A stretch of 64,000 bases of DNA from Bacteroidota bacterium (lineage in GTDB: Bacteria > Bacteroidota > Bacteroidia > Flavobacteriales_D > Crocinitomicaceae): contig JBJOJZ010000079.1 of assembly GCA_046046325.1 (NCBI GenBank), forward strand, positions 7,274-71,273, read 5' to 3'. The position numbers were made by a program, and so were the translations under genes. Of the stretch, positions 10,257 through 20,493 are shown in pieces; the stretch's first letter is position 1; every line of letters begins with the position of its first letter. The notes beneath the pieces were generated by a model. It was not told the DNA's origin. It ran no database searches and worked only from the letters and a program-made list of their open reading frames with translations.

Positions 10257-10806
10257 TGGAATGTTTTATGTATAATTCCACCCTATCCTCACCCTCAATG
10301 TTTTTCCAGCTTACATGGACTCGTTCATGGTTCAAGGTATCCACGGATTTACCGATATAATCTGCTTGAATTGGAAGATCTCGTTTAAACCTACGATCAA
10401 TTAGGACCAATAATTGAACTTGGCTCGGTCGCCCAAAGGTCAAAAGTGCGTCTAGTCCCGATCGAATTGTTCTACCCGTAAATAGCACATCGTCCACTAA
10501 AATCACTTTTTTATTTTCGATGCTAAAGTCAATATTGGTTACACTTGGTATCAAAGGAATTTCCCTCCGGCGAAAATCGTCGCGGTAAAAGGTAATGTCT
10601 AAATTCCCACATAAAGGTTGGGTGGGAAGAATTTCATTAAGTTTTTCACGCATACGTGATACTAAATGAACGCCACGTGGCTGCAAACCAATTAAAACGG
10701 AATTGGAAAAATCAGCATGTTGTTCCAGCAATTCATGACATAACCGAGTTACGGTTAAATCAAACTGTTGAGGATCTAGGATGACCTGTTTCTCCATGCT
10801 CAACAA
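10249..10806 (-). CDS. pyrR: bifunctional pyrimidine operon regulator / uracil phosphoribosyltransferase PyrR
   Basis: PRPP-binding loop VILVDDVLFTGRTIR. Length 185 aa. Overlaps the pyrB start by 8 nt. Confidence 0.88.
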   Translation of the reverse strand: MLSMEKQVILDPQQFDLTVTRLCHELLEQHADFSNSVLIGLQPRGVHLVSRMREKLNEILPTQPLCGNLDITFYRDDFRRREIPLIPSVTNIDFSIENKKVILVDDVLFTGRTIRSGLDALLTFGRPSQVQLLVLIDRRFKRDLPIQADYIGKSVDTLNHERVHVSWKNIEGEDRVELYIKHSNE

Positions 10807-10825
10807 AGATAATTAAAAAAAGAGG

Positions 10826-11308
10826 TTATGCGTGTTTCTGAACTAATACCGTTGCGTAAGCTTTTACTGCTTCACCTTGTCCAAAGGAATCAACGCTCTC
10901 ATGGGTAGTCGCTTTGATCGAAACACAATCCACATCTACCCTTAAAATATGTGCAATAACCTTTTGCATTTCAGGAATAAAGGGGTTTAATTTAGGGCGT
11001 TCTAGAATTACCGTAGCATCAAGATTAACAAGAGCGTAGCCTCTTTCCGCGATCATTTCATAAGTTCGCGAAAGTAAGATTTGAGAATCGATGTCCTTGT
11101 AGGCTGGGTCTTTATCTGAAAAGTGATAACCAATATCGCGCAAATTCACCGCGCCTAGCAACGCATCGCAAATGGCATGCAACAACACGTCCGCATCTGA
11201 ATGACCTAGGGCCCCAAAGGAGGAGGGAACTTTAACCCCGCCGATTACCAATTCCCGTTGTTCCACCAATCGATGAACATCAACTCCAAAACCGATACGC
11301 AATTGCAT
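10826..11308 (-). CDS. ispF: 2-C-methyl-D-erythritol 2,4-cyclodiphosphate synthase
   Basis: RIGFGVDVHRL ... GHSDADVLLHAICDALLGA. Length 160 aa. Confidence 0.93.
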   Translation of the reverse strand: MQLRIGFGVDVHRLVEQRELVIGGVKVPSSFGALGHSDADVLLHAICDALLGAVNLRDIGYHFSDKDPAYKDIDSQILLSRTYEMIAERGYALVNLDATVILERPKLNPFIPEMQKVIAHILRVDVDCVSIKATTHESVDSFGQGEAVKAYATVLVQKHA

Positions 11309-11311
11309 GAA

Positions 11312-12559
11312 TTATTCCGTTGTTTTAACTGGACGATCTCCTAGGTACAACCTCAAGGTAAACCGTAGGGTATTCGCCAATGGATTTTGGCGACCGTTCA
11401 AGGAAGCTAGATACGAAAAATCAATCCCAAACATATTATACTTTAGACTTGCCCCCAAATTGAGGTATTGACGGTTTCCTTTATTCCTATTTTCATAAAA
11501 AACCCCAGATCGAATGGCAAACGTTTCATTATACCACCATTCCACGCCACCGGCAATATTGATCTCCGCCATTTCTTCTTTAAATCTTGAACCCTTAACA
11601 ATTTCGTAAGATCCATCATCATTCTGAATATAATCACCGTTTTCATCCTTCGCAACCACACCAGGGGCATCGTAAAATGATTGCAACATACCATTGATTA
11701 CCCCAACATCGTTGCTGCGTCCAGACAACATAACTACCTGACCATTAATATTATCATAAAATGCCGGAGTAGGAACCAATAATCGTTGAATATCCAAGGA
11801 ATAAGTAACCGTATTATATCCATCGTATTTGGCTTGAAATGCATTTCCAATTTTGAGATTCATGGGAATGAAATCACGTTCCGCTAATACGGAATAAGCT
11901 ACCTTATTACCGATATTGTTGATCGTGGTAGCAAAGGTGTATGTACCTTTGGTTTTACCGATTTTCGCTTTATCGTTAAAATAGGTGAACGATAAATCTG
12001 CTGCTCCCACCATCCCAGGTTTGGTCATAACACCTGCGACGGTTAAACCGCCGGTTAGGTTTGAATAGGCAAATTTGCCATTGATTCCCACACTAAATTT
12101 TTCTGATAGTTTAAATGCATAGCCACCGGTCAATTCAAATTCGTTCGGTTTGTCGTCTCGTAAGACATTCCCCGAAGCGTCTGTAAAGGTTATTTCGCCC
12201 AAACTAAAATATCGAAGTGCCCCGGCAATCGTATGCTTCTTGTTAAACCTGAAATACCCTGAAAAATAGGAAAGGTGCATGTCGTTGGTCAATTGACGCA
12301 ACCAAGGGGTGTAAGAAAGGCTAAGTTCGCTGTTTGACTCAGAAAAACTCAATCCTGCAGTGTTCCAATAAATGGAAGTAGCGCTTGGACTCAAAGCCGT
12401 TCCTGCTTCGCCCATACCACCTGCTCTCGAATCCGGTGTTATCGCCATAAAGGGTAAAGCGGTGGTGATGGTATTTAGCTGTAAATCATTGGATTCTGCC
12501 TGAGAGAAACCATAATTTACGAGCACCAATACAACGAGGAGTAAAAGAAATTTTTGCAT
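11312..12559 (-). CDS. porV: type IX secretion system outer-membrane protein PorV (LptO)
   Basis: Signal peptide, then the PorV-type N-terminal block (ALPFMAITPDSRAGGMGEAGTA). Beta-barrel-like alternating sequence. Immediately downstream of porU, as in other Flavobacteriia. Confidence 0.8.
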   Translation of the reverse strand: MQKFLLLLVVLVLVNYGFSQAESNDLQLNTITTALPFMAITPDSRAGGMGEAGTALSPSATSIYWNTAGLSFSESNSELSLSYTPWLRQLTNDMHLSYFSGYFRFNKKHTIAGALRYFSLGEITFTDASGNVLRDDKPNEFELTGGYAFKLSEKFSVGINGKFAYSNLTGGLTVAGVMTKPGMVGAADLSFTYFNDKAKIGKTKGTYTFATTINNIGNKVAYSVLAERDFIPMNLKIGNAFQAKYDGYNTVTYSLDIQRLLVPTPAFYDNINGQVVMLSGRSNDVGVINGMLQSFYDAPGVVAKDENGDYIQNDDGSYEIVKGSRFKEEMAEINIAGGVEWWYNETFAIRSGVFYENRNKGNRQYLNLGASLKYNMFGIDFSYLASLNGRQNPLANTLRFTLRLYLGDRPVKTTE

Positions 12560-12613
12560 AAATGGTTCAACAAGGCGCTAATATACGGAATCCAAGCTGG
12601 AATATTGCACAGC

Positions 12614-15600
12614 CTAATTTAAAATAACCAATTTCTGAGTCTCCTCTGCCGTTTTACCCTCTTCGTTTTGATAGATTAATCGATAAACATACACCCCATT
12701 GGCCAAAGAGTCTCCAAAGTCGTCTTTGCCATCCCAATAAATTCCTCGAATGGTAAAGCCTGTAGTAACGGCCTTTTCGTTCAACGTTTTAACCAACCTA
12801 CCACTGATTGTGTAAATTTGAATCTGCACCTCCAAGGAGCTGCAAGATTGATTGTGTTCCAGGATGAATTGAGTGGATTTTGAGAAAGGATTGGGATAGT
12901 TAAATAAACGTTGAATTTTTGGATCTTCCTTTTGTTTAACAACAAAGTTTACAGAAGTTTCCGAAGAATTGTTATTGACATCCCAGGCCTTTATCTTCAA
13001 TTGATGGGGACCTGGTTCCAATTCGAAAAAAAGATATTTAAGTCGGCCCTCTTTGTAAGTATCCATTTCTGCGACATAATAGTCGTTTAATACAATGGGT
13101 TCTGCAGTTTTGTCATCCAAGACAGCTGTTAAATCGTGACCGATTCCGTTGCCAACCGTGTTGATGCCGCTTTCATCGAAAAACTTACAAAAAAGAACCG
13201 GTGTTGCATCAGTAAGTCCACCGTCAATAAACTGATCATCGTTCAAATAAACCGTAATTTCAGGCCCCGCAGAGTCCAAGTAAGCGTTTGGATTAATCCC
13301 ACCAATAACAAAGGTCGTGTCAACGCCAACAGCATCAACATTGGAAGAAAAGGCATAATAGCTTAATTTCCCTCTTCCGTTTGCAAGGGTAATATCCTTG
13401 GGAATAATAAAACTAAATTCGAACTCACCGTTAGTCACACTAGCCTTGCCGCGGTAAAGGATATTGCGCTGTTCTTCGTAGGAAATCACCGGCGATCCAG
13501 GATCCTGACCTAAGGTTTGCTCTACCTTAACTTTATCAAATATGGTAGGAACAATGGTTCCGTTGAATTGGTTCGCTAAAGATCCATTTAAATCCGTAAT
13601 ATGACCTTTAACGGTTACCTTACTCAACGCTTGCAAGGTATCAATATGGCTTATGTGCATTCCATTGATGCTATCTGTAACCACCGTCCAATGAGGCAAA
13701 GCCAACCTTAATGCTGGATCACCAATCAGGGTGAAACTTCGTTTATTATCGGAGGAAAGTGCAGCGTTTTTTGTAAGCTTGGCAATATCACCAAAGCGAC
13801 GGGGCAAACCGCTGACATCTCGCTCAAACGCTTGGTTAAAAAATGCTAAACCAACGCTGGTGTTAACCCCAAAAAACACCGACCTGGTGGTGGTCATCAA
13901 GGCAATTGCCCCTCCCTTTGGGTTCAATGCGACCCATTCACCAGCCGAGACCCTTGAGGGGTCATCAAATTTGGTAAACTCACACGTTGCAGAGACAAAA
14001 AGAGTTAAGGCATTGATATTTTGCCATGACTGAATCTGAGGGATGGTTACTACACGTTCTTCCGCCAAACCAACTTCGCCTCCATGGCCAACATAATTGG
14101 TTACCAAAGCACCACGTGTTATACGATCATTAATGGCGTTGAAAACATCAGGATATCGCTGACCACCCGCAGAAACTTGCTGAGGATAACTGTCGGTGTA
14201 AAGCTTGTCAACATTTAACTCGCGGTGATTATTTTTCAGTATTTTGTATTGAGGCTCTGTATCGTTTTTTATAAAGTACCCGTTTTCTTCATCGTCCGCA
14301 ATTTGAACAACTTTGGTCCTCCAATCGCCGAAGGTAATGTCGGAATTGTTATCTAAACAACAATTTTCATTATTCCCAGCGAAAAGTTTGGAACCATTCA
14401 ACATGTAATGTTCAATCTTATCTACTTGCTCTTTGGCTTGAGCAATGGTACTCGCTAAAATTCTTCCAACCCCGATATCCAATAAATCTCCGTCGTTTAA
14501 AGCTTCGTTGTCGTCTAACATACCAAAATAATCATCTGTAACAAGGGCTGAAATATGATTTTCACTGTTATCCACTTGGTACGTTATGATAAAATTATTG
14601 TTGTTTGCCACGCGATCTTTTGGATCATAAGTACCGTCCCCAAAAAGGCAAAGATATTTCAGCATTTTGCTTCCGTTTTGTAGGGAACGGTCATAGAACA
14701 TTTTAGCCATTTTTCGGATGGCTGTTGGGTCTTGAGCCCCCGAACTGAATTCATTAAAAACGTCGTTAATATCTACGACTGCAACTTCCAACCCCTGTGT
14801 GCGGTGAAGGTCTGCCAGCCGTTCGGCTTGGGACATGAAATCAGGGTGCGAAACAATCAAATAATCAATTTGTGGAAGCGCGTGGAGGTTTTGATTTTGA
14901 ACCGAACCCACCGGCGACGGGGTTAAGAAAGTACTGCCGTTGCAGGCCACAAACTCACGGTAAACGTTGGTGCACCAAAAATCCAAAGTACTCCCCACCA
15001 GAGAACCTTTGATTTTCTTTGGATTGAATTTATCGGAAATGTCCCACACGAACCCCGACGATGGAAAGGAGGCGATTGAATATTTCGCGATTTGATTACT
15101 ATCGGTTTGGGTCAAGTTCCTAAAACCGAATTGGCCTCCCAAAAAACTCAAATTCCTGCGACCGTTGAGCAGAATCCGATCCAAATAGGTCAGGGTGGAA
15201 GGACTGTTTCGAACAACATTGATCTGCAATGGAATATTCGCACTTGGGTTATTCAGGGTAAAATTCACAACCGATCGGTTAAAATCGTACGGTGCAACTG
15301 GAAGCGTGGTTTGAAACAATTGAGTTGCTCCAACGCTGTATTTCTGGGCAGTTCCTGAACCCGTTAAAGCATTGGAGGCCATAGAAACCCTAAATTTTAC
15401 CGGAAATGAATTAACAATAGACGGAATTACAAAATTGAATGTGCGACTGAGCTCAATATCGAACAATTCACCATACCATCGCTTTCCTCCTCCAACCAAG
15501 GAAACTAAATCATTCTCATATACTTCTCGATAATCATAAGTCGTAATTTGTGTCTGTTCAAGGCCGATGGACCAATCGACTTCTTGAATCGCTTGTGGAG

Positions 15601-16453
15601 AGACAATATCTTTTGAAATCAACAAGAAATAATAGGATTTATCAGAATACGGATTCCTTCGCTGCTCAAATTCTGAACTGCCATTTGGATACCATTTATG
15701 CGGGCCAAAACCATAGAACAAGATATAATCTCCGTCATCAAAAACTCCGTCATCACCACCAACCACCTGAACAGCGTTCTGGGCTAAATCGTCGGTATAA
15801 GGGATTGAATTAAGTTCTGGAAGACTGCCCTCACCGTTACCAAATACGTGAATGTGATTTGGGTTTAAACCTTGAGTGTTAATCCCTAAAGCATTCAAAA
15901 GTGCCTTATCAATACGATAAATTCCATCCGTAGCGACACTCATTTTATACCAACTTCCTTGACCAAGGACCGAAGTAGCAGCAAAATCTTTGTTAATTGG
16001 CTTGGGTGGAAGAGGTGCCAAGTTTACCTGAAAAGATAAAACCTTTTGCATCAAACCATCTTTGTAGAAGAAGGGTTGACAAACAACGCTCAACCTAGGT
16101 TCAGACCCCTCGCGGGTAACAATAGTCATTATTTCAACATTTTCTGATGGCTGAAAACCCATAGTTTTTAAGTATGACTCTTCTGATGCGCTAACACGAT
16201 CAAAAGAGATCAATTGGAAAGATGCAGCGAAATTGACCGACTTTAACTTTTCAACTCTCGAAAACTTGGGAATACCATTGGAAGGGATTTCAAATTCTAT
16301 CGTTGGAACTGCGTAATGCACGCCATCTTGCACCATGAAAGCAGGTTCTGTCCATGGTATTTGATATTCAAACGATTGGGCTTGAAACCGATGAGCACCC
16401 ATTAGGTAGCAAAAGAATGCGAATGCAATAAGCCGATTGAAAAAGGTCGTCAT
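12614..16453 (-). CDS. porU: type IX secretion system sortase PorU (C25 gingipain-like peptidase)
   Basis: 1279 aa with a signal peptide. C25-like core (IDYLIVSHPDF...SSGAQDPTAIRKMAKMFYD; NYVGHGGE; SATCEF). C-terminal T9SS-type sorting domain (LFNYPNPFS...GVYVYRL). Confidence 0.85.
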   Translation of the reverse strand: MTTFFNRLIAFAFFCYLMGAHRFQAQSFEYQIPWTEPAFMVQDGVHYAVPTIEFEIPSNGIPKFSRVEKLKSVNFAASFQLISFDRVSASEESYLKTMGFQPSENVEIMTIVTREGSEPRLSVVCQPFFYKDGLMQKVLSFQVNLAPLPPKPINKDFAATSVLGQGSWYKMSVATDGIYRIDKALLNALGINTQGLNPNHIHVFGNGEGSLPELNSIPYTDDLAQNAVQVVGGDDGVFDDGDYILFYGFGPHKWYPNGSSEFEQRRNPYSDKSYYFLLISKDIVSPQAIQEVDWSIGLEQTQITTYDYREVYENDLVSLVGGGKRWYGELFDIELSRTFNFVIPSIVNSFPVKFRVSMASNALTGSGTAQKYSVGATQLFQTTLPVAPYDFNRSVVNFTLNNPSANIPLQINVVRNSPSTLTYLDRILLNGRRNLSFLGGQFGFRNLTQTDSNQIAKYSIASFPSSGFVWDISDKFNPKKIKGSLVGSTLDFWCTNVYREFVACNGSTFLTPSPVGSVQNQNLHALPQIDYLIVSHPDFMSQAERLADLHRTQGLEVAVVDINDVFNEFSSGAQDPTAIRKMAKMFYDRSLQNGSKMLKYLCLFGDGTYDPKDRVANNNNFIITYQVDNSENHISALVTDDYFGMLDDNEALNDGDLLDIGVGRILASTIAQAKEQVDKIEHYMLNGSKLFAGNNENCCLDNNSDITFGDWRTKVVQIADDEENGYFIKNDTEPQYKILKNNHRELNVDKLYTDSYPQQVSAGGQRYPDVFNAINDRITRGALVTNYVGHGGEVGLAEERVVTIPQIQSWQNINALTLFVSATCEFTKFDDPSRVSAGEWVALNPKGGAIALMTTTRSVFFGVNTSVGLAFFNQAFERDVSGLPRRFGDIAKLTKNAALSSDNKRSFTLIGDPALRLALPHWTVVTDSINGMHISHIDTLQALSKVTVKGHITDLNGSLANQFNGTIVPTIFDKVKVEQTLGQDPGSPVISYEEQRNILYRGKASVTNGEFEFSFIIPKDITLANGRGKLSYYAFSSNVDAVGVDTTFVIGGINPNAYLDSAGPEITVYLNDDQFIDGGLTDATPVLFCKFFDESGINTVGNGIGHDLTAVLDDKTAEPIVLNDYYVAEMDTYKEGRLKYLFFELEPGPHQLKIKAWDVNNNSSETSVNFVVKQKEDPKIQRLFNYPNPFSKSTQFILEHNQSCSSLEVQIQIYTISGRLVKTLNEKAVTTGFTIRGIYWDGKDDFGDSLANGVYVYRLIYQNEEGKTAEETQKLVILN

Positions 16454-16559
16454 TGTTTACAAAGGTAAAGGAAACGATAAATAAGAAGGTTCATTTTATT
16501 TATTTGAAAATATTTTCGATATTTGTAACCAAGTTAACTTAAATTCGTAGAGGCGCATA

Positions 16560-17552
16560 GTGAAAAAACTCGGCTTTATTCCCAAACCTGCTGTAATTAG
16601 GGCTGTATCTCTAATGTTGTTTGTGATGCGCGGCATGTATTCCGTTGCTCAGGACCCAACCTTTACACAATTTTATTCTAATCCCTTATATTTAAATCCC
16701 GCTCTTTCAGGTGCAACAGGGTGTTCACGTTTTTCATTTAATTACCGTAATGAGTGGCCTCAACTCACTGGAAATTACGTCACTTATTCTGCAGCCTATG
16801 ACAGTTATGTTAAAGATATCAAAGGAGGTCTGGGATTTTTAGCTACTTACGACCAACAAGCAGAAGGCACCATTTCAACAACCATGATTGGGGGAATTTA
16901 TTCGTACAATCTGAAAATCAATCGAAAACTATCCTTCAATTTTGGCGTAAGGGCGGCCTACATTCAGAAATATTTGGATTGGGATAAACTTACCTTCGGT
17001 GATATGATTGATCCTAGAAGGGGTTTCATTTACCAAACGGGTGATGTTCCGAGAGGAGGAAAGCGTGGATTATTTGACGCAAGTGCTGGAGCAGTATTAT
17101 TTGGTAAGTATTTCTACGGGGGTGTTGCAGCACATCACATCAACCAACCCGATGAATCGATGATTCTCGGGACGAGTAAACTTCCAATGCGAATTACCAT
17201 TCATGCTGGCGGTACTGTTCCTATCGGAAGGAGGGGAAGGTACACCGATGGCACAACCATTAAACCCGCCATCATCTACCAATATCAAAATGGTTTTCAG
17301 GAATTAAACATCGGTGGTTATTTAAATTACGAACGCTTAAACATTGGAGTATGGTATCGAAATAAAGATGCCATGGTTTTTATAATTGGTTTGAAAGCGG
17401 ACAAATTTAGAATTGGATACAGCTACGATCTTACCGTTTCTCGATTGGGTAATGGTTTGACAGGTGGTTCGCACGAAGTGTCTTTTCAAACGGACATTAA
17501 GTGCCGAAGAAAACCTAAGAATTTTAGAAAAATTTCATGTCCTTCCTTTTAA
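16560..17552 (+). CDS. PorP/SprF-family type IX secretion membrane protein
   Basis: Family signature at the mature N-terminus (AQDPTFTQFYSNPLYLNPALSG) and C-terminal GGSHEVS. GTG start at 16560. Confidence 0.85.
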   Translation: MKKLGFIPKPAVIRAVSLMLFVMRGMYSVAQDPTFTQFYSNPLYLNPALSGATGCSRFSFNYRNEWPQLTGNYVTYSAAYDSYVKDIKGGLGFLATYDQQAEGTISTTMIGGIYSYNLKINRKLSFNFGVRAAYIQKYLDWDKLTFGDMIDPRRGFIYQTGDVPRGGKRGLFDASAGAVLFGKYFYGGVAAHHINQPDESMILGTSKLPMRITIHAGGTVPIGRRGRYTDGTTIKPAIIYQYQNGFQELNIGGYLNYERLNIGVWYRNKDAMVFIIGLKADKFRIGYSYDLTVSRLGNGLTGGSHEVSFQTDIKCRRKPKNFRKISCPSF

Positions 17553-17603
17553 GTGTAACGAATGAATAAAACGGTATTTAAATTGAGCCTAAATAAAAAA
17601 AGT

Positions 17604-20444
17604 ATGAAACGTTCAATGATTGCAAAGTTTTCCTTTTTGGCCATCGCCTTGGCAGTTGCCACTGGATGTCAGAAAGAAACTTCCACCTCTACCGGTTGGG
17701 ATTACAACAACGTTCAAAACGGTGGTTTTGAAAAAGCGAATTTCGAAGAACAAAGAACCGGCCCTGGGCTTGTTATGATTGAGGGAGGTACTTTTACCAT
17801 GGGAAGAACGGAAGAGGACGTCTTTGAAGACAACGACAACCGTCCTAACCGCTTCACGGTCTCTTCGTTTTACATGGACCGAACCGAAGTTACCAATTTC
17901 CATTGGTTGGAATACGTGTACTGGATGAAACGGGTGTATAATAAGACCTACCCGCACATTTACAAAAAATCGTTGCCAGATACTAACTGTTGGAGAGACC
18001 CTCTTTCCTACCGTGAAAAATTTGTGGAGTATTACTTCCGATATCCCGCATACCGCGATTACCCGGTGGTGGGAGTTTCTTGGGTGCAGGCCAACGACTT
18101 CTGCAAATGGAGAACGGACAGGGTGAACGAGTACATTCTTGTTGAGCAAGGGATTATCAAATGGCATTTTGCGGATAAAATCGAAGATGGGGGAGATCTA
18201 GGAGCTATGGGACCACCAGATCAAGCCAAAAAAGCAAAAAAAACATTTAGTGCTCCCGAAAACATGTTCAACACTGAAAGTTATTTAGCAGGTCAATATA
18301 ATATTGAGTCAGGTAAATTAAACTCGGAAAAAGACGAACTCAATTACAAGTATAAAGGTACGGGATATACGCTTACAGATGGAAATGCAACAAAAACCAA
18401 GCCTGGAGAGACTTATCCAAGAGACCCATATCAACTGAATGACTTCGATCCAGTTTATGCTGTAAACGATGATGGTAATTTTTATCAAGGTAAACGAAAC
18501 GTTCGCATGGAAGATGGGATTCTTCTTCCAAATTATCGTTTACCCACCGAAGCGGAATGGGAATATGCAGCGACTGGATTATTAGGGAATTTGGATGCGA
18601 ATTCTGAGAACGTGGATGAGCGCAGGATTTATCCTTGGGACGGACATTACGTGCGTTACGATGAAGAACAATTCCAAGGGACCATACAAGCTAATTTCGT
18701 CCGTGGAACGGGAGATCACATGGGCGTTGCAGGAGCCTTGAACGATGGTGCAGACGCTACGACGCATGTTGATGCTTATTGGCCCAACGACTTTGGTCTG
18801 TATAACATGGCCGGAAATGTTTCCGAATGGGTTTTGGATACGTATCGTCCAAGCACAAGCGACTTAGCCGATGGTTTTATGCCATTTCGTGGTAACATGT
18901 ATCAAGCAAAGTTGATGGTACCTGATGGTTTGCATGAAAAATATGTCAAAACAAAAGATAATATTTACGACGTATATGGAATGAAAGAATTCGTGAATGA
19001 GTACGCTAGGGTTCTTTATCTTGCCAACACTCAAAATTCACTTGATCCTATTTCAAGTTATTCTGCGAACCTTCAGAATCAAATGAATCAAAATTCACTC
19101 CTTCAATCGGGATTAAGTGTGAATGCCACCCCGGGGGGGCCATATGGTAAATATCAACTCACGAACGGATATAATTATGTAGCAGTTGGAGATACGATGC
19201 GATTTGAAGTTAAATCCCTCAAAGGGGCTGCTCAATATCAAACGTTGCTCAATGCCAACAAAGGGGCTAAAGGTACATGGACAAGTACCGTTCCGGGTGC
19301 TACCCGAGTTGCTAGGCCATCGGACGGGGATTCGATTTACACCATTGAATTTACAAAATTCACACCTGCACCTGGTGATACTGGAAGTTTAATCTTTACT
19401 ATCGGCTCGGAGTATTTTAGAATGCCTTTCAAGATAGTTTCTAGCAAGTCTGATTTCAATCCTTACGTTAACAGCATTTCCACGGGCGTGAAGATCAACT
19501 CGAATCAAGATCCTCGTAAATACAAATTTAACAGCCTAAGTAAGTACTACACAGCAAATAACAAAATGTATACCGAGTCAGATAAAGCCAAATTTCAAGT
19601 ACTCGATGATATCAATGCAATCCTCGACACTGCAATTTACCTTTACAACAAAGGAAATACGGTTAAATCATCTGCCTATGTAGAAGCAGCCTTGTTTGGA
19701 GCCAAAACGATGACTGAATTGATAAATTCTGATATTCGAAGTAAGGAAGTCATTCAAAACGACCCTCTGTTTGGAAATGACCCGAAAGGTAAAATTGAAA
19801 AAGCAGGGGTATATTTAAAAAGATTTGCGGATGACGGAACGCCGGAAGACGGTGAATTTAAACCCGTTTTTGATCAAGAAAAACCTTCGGGAAATGACGA
19901 TAAATCCTACTTAGCAACTAGATTTCCAAATTATACGGTGGATCAAACGATAACCACTTGGTTAATTACCTTAAGAAATGGTTTAACAGAATACACCTTA
20001 GAATCCCGAGGTAAACAACGTTGGAGAAATGTAACGGAAGAAGAGAACATCGGTCGATTGAACTATCGTAAAGACGATTACATTGACTACTTAGACGGGG
20101 ATTTAGAATCGTCCATTTTCTACAACAATCAAAAGCGAATTAATGATATTAACTCCGGAAGATTGAGTGCTAAGAATACCGTATACCAAAGTGAACATGA
20201 AAACCGTGACCTAGAAGGCAACGTGCTCTCTCCTTCCTCTTCCGGTTGGCCGACTACCTTGATCTCCGATAAGTCAAAAGTGTACAAGGGAGGTTCTTGG
20301 GCAGACCGTGCGTATTGGCTGTCTGCAGGTAATCGTAGGTTTATGGATCAAGACAAAACAAGTGCTACGATTGGGTTCCGTTGTGCCATGGATCGCTTAG
20401 GTGACCAACGCAACATGAACTATAAAAAACGTAAACGACGGTAA
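17604..20444 (+). CDS. gldJ: gliding-motility lipoprotein GldJ (FGE/SUMF1-like fold), unusually long
   Basis: Lipobox LAVATGC. GldJ-type blocks: GPGLVMIEGGTFTMG, FYMDRTEVTN, YPVVGVSWVQANDFCKWRT, LPTEAEWEYAA, YNMAGNVSEWV, KVYKGGSWADRAYW, IGFRCA. Synteny with porU/porV upstream and murF downstream. The ATG at 17604 (MKRSMIAKF..) is preferred for a lipoprotein signal. Confidence 0.8.
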   Translation: MKRSMIAKFSFLAIALAVATGCQKETSTSTGWDYNNVQNGGFEKANFEEQRTGPGLVMIEGGTFTMGRTEEDVFEDNDNRPNRFTVSSFYMDRTEVTNFHWLEYVYWMKRVYNKTYPHIYKKSLPDTNCWRDPLSYREKFVEYYFRYPAYRDYPVVGVSWVQANDFCKWRTDRVNEYILVEQGIIKWHFADKIEDGGDLGAMGPPDQAKKAKKTFSAPENMFNTESYLAGQYNIESGKLNSEKDELNYKYKGTGYTLTDGNATKTKPGETYPRDPYQLNDFDPVYAVNDDGNFYQGKRNVRMEDGILLPNYRLPTEAEWEYAATGLLGNLDANSENVDERRIYPWDGHYVRYDEEQFQGTIQANFVRGTGDHMGVAGALNDGADATTHVDAYWPNDFGLYNMAGNVSEWVLDTYRPSTSDLADGFMPFRGNMYQAKLMVPDGLHEKYVKTKDNIYDVYGMKEFVNEYARVLYLANTQNSLDPISSYSANLQNQMNQNSLLQSGLSVNATPGGPYGKYQLTNGYNYVAVGDTMRFEVKSLKGAAQYQTLLNANKGAKGTWTSTVPGATRVARPSDGDSIYTIEFTKFTPAPGDTGSLIFTIGSEYFRMPFKIVSSKSDFNPYVNSISTGVKINSNQDPRKYKFNSLSKYYTANNKMYTESDKAKFQVLDDINAILDTAIYLYNKGNTVKSSAYVEAALFGAKTMTELINSDIRSKEVIQNDPLFGNDPKGKIEKAGVYLKRFADDGTPEDGEFKPVFDQEKPSGNDDKSYLATRFPNYTVDQTITTWLITLRNGLTEYTLESRGKQRWRNVTEEENIGRLNYRKDDYIDYLDGDLESSIFYNNQKRINDINSGRLSAKNTVYQSEHENRDLEGNVLSPSSSGWPTTLISDKSKVYKGGSWADRAYWLSAGNRRFMDQDKTSATIGFRCAMDRLGDQRNMNYKKRKRR

Positions 20445-20470
20445 ACTTCCGTAACTTTAAGTAACTTTAG
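20441..20470 (+). repeat. three tandem ~10-nt repeats (GTAAACTTCC GTAACTTTAA GTAACTTTAG) between the gldJ stop and its terminator
   Basis: Read directly. Copies 2 and 3 share a perfect 9-mer GTAACTTTA at 20451-20459 and 20461-20469. Copy 1 (20441-20450) is imperfect and overlaps the gldJ TAA. Confidence 0.6.
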
Positions 20471-20493
20471 TCCCGCTTCGGCGGGACTTTTTT
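20469..20493 (+). terminator. intrinsic terminator after gldJ, abutting the murF ATG
   Basis: Stem AGTCCCGC, loop TTCG, stem GCGGGACT, followed by TTTTT. The murF ATG starts at 20494. Confidence 0.8.

Noticed and set aside
10807-10825. PyrR-binding attenuator upstream of pyrR-pyrB, as in Firmicutes pyr operons.
   Set aside because: Only 19 nt separate ispF from pyrR, which is too short for the binding loop plus a terminator/antiterminator. PyrR here may act mainly as a UPRTase or on leaders elsewhere.
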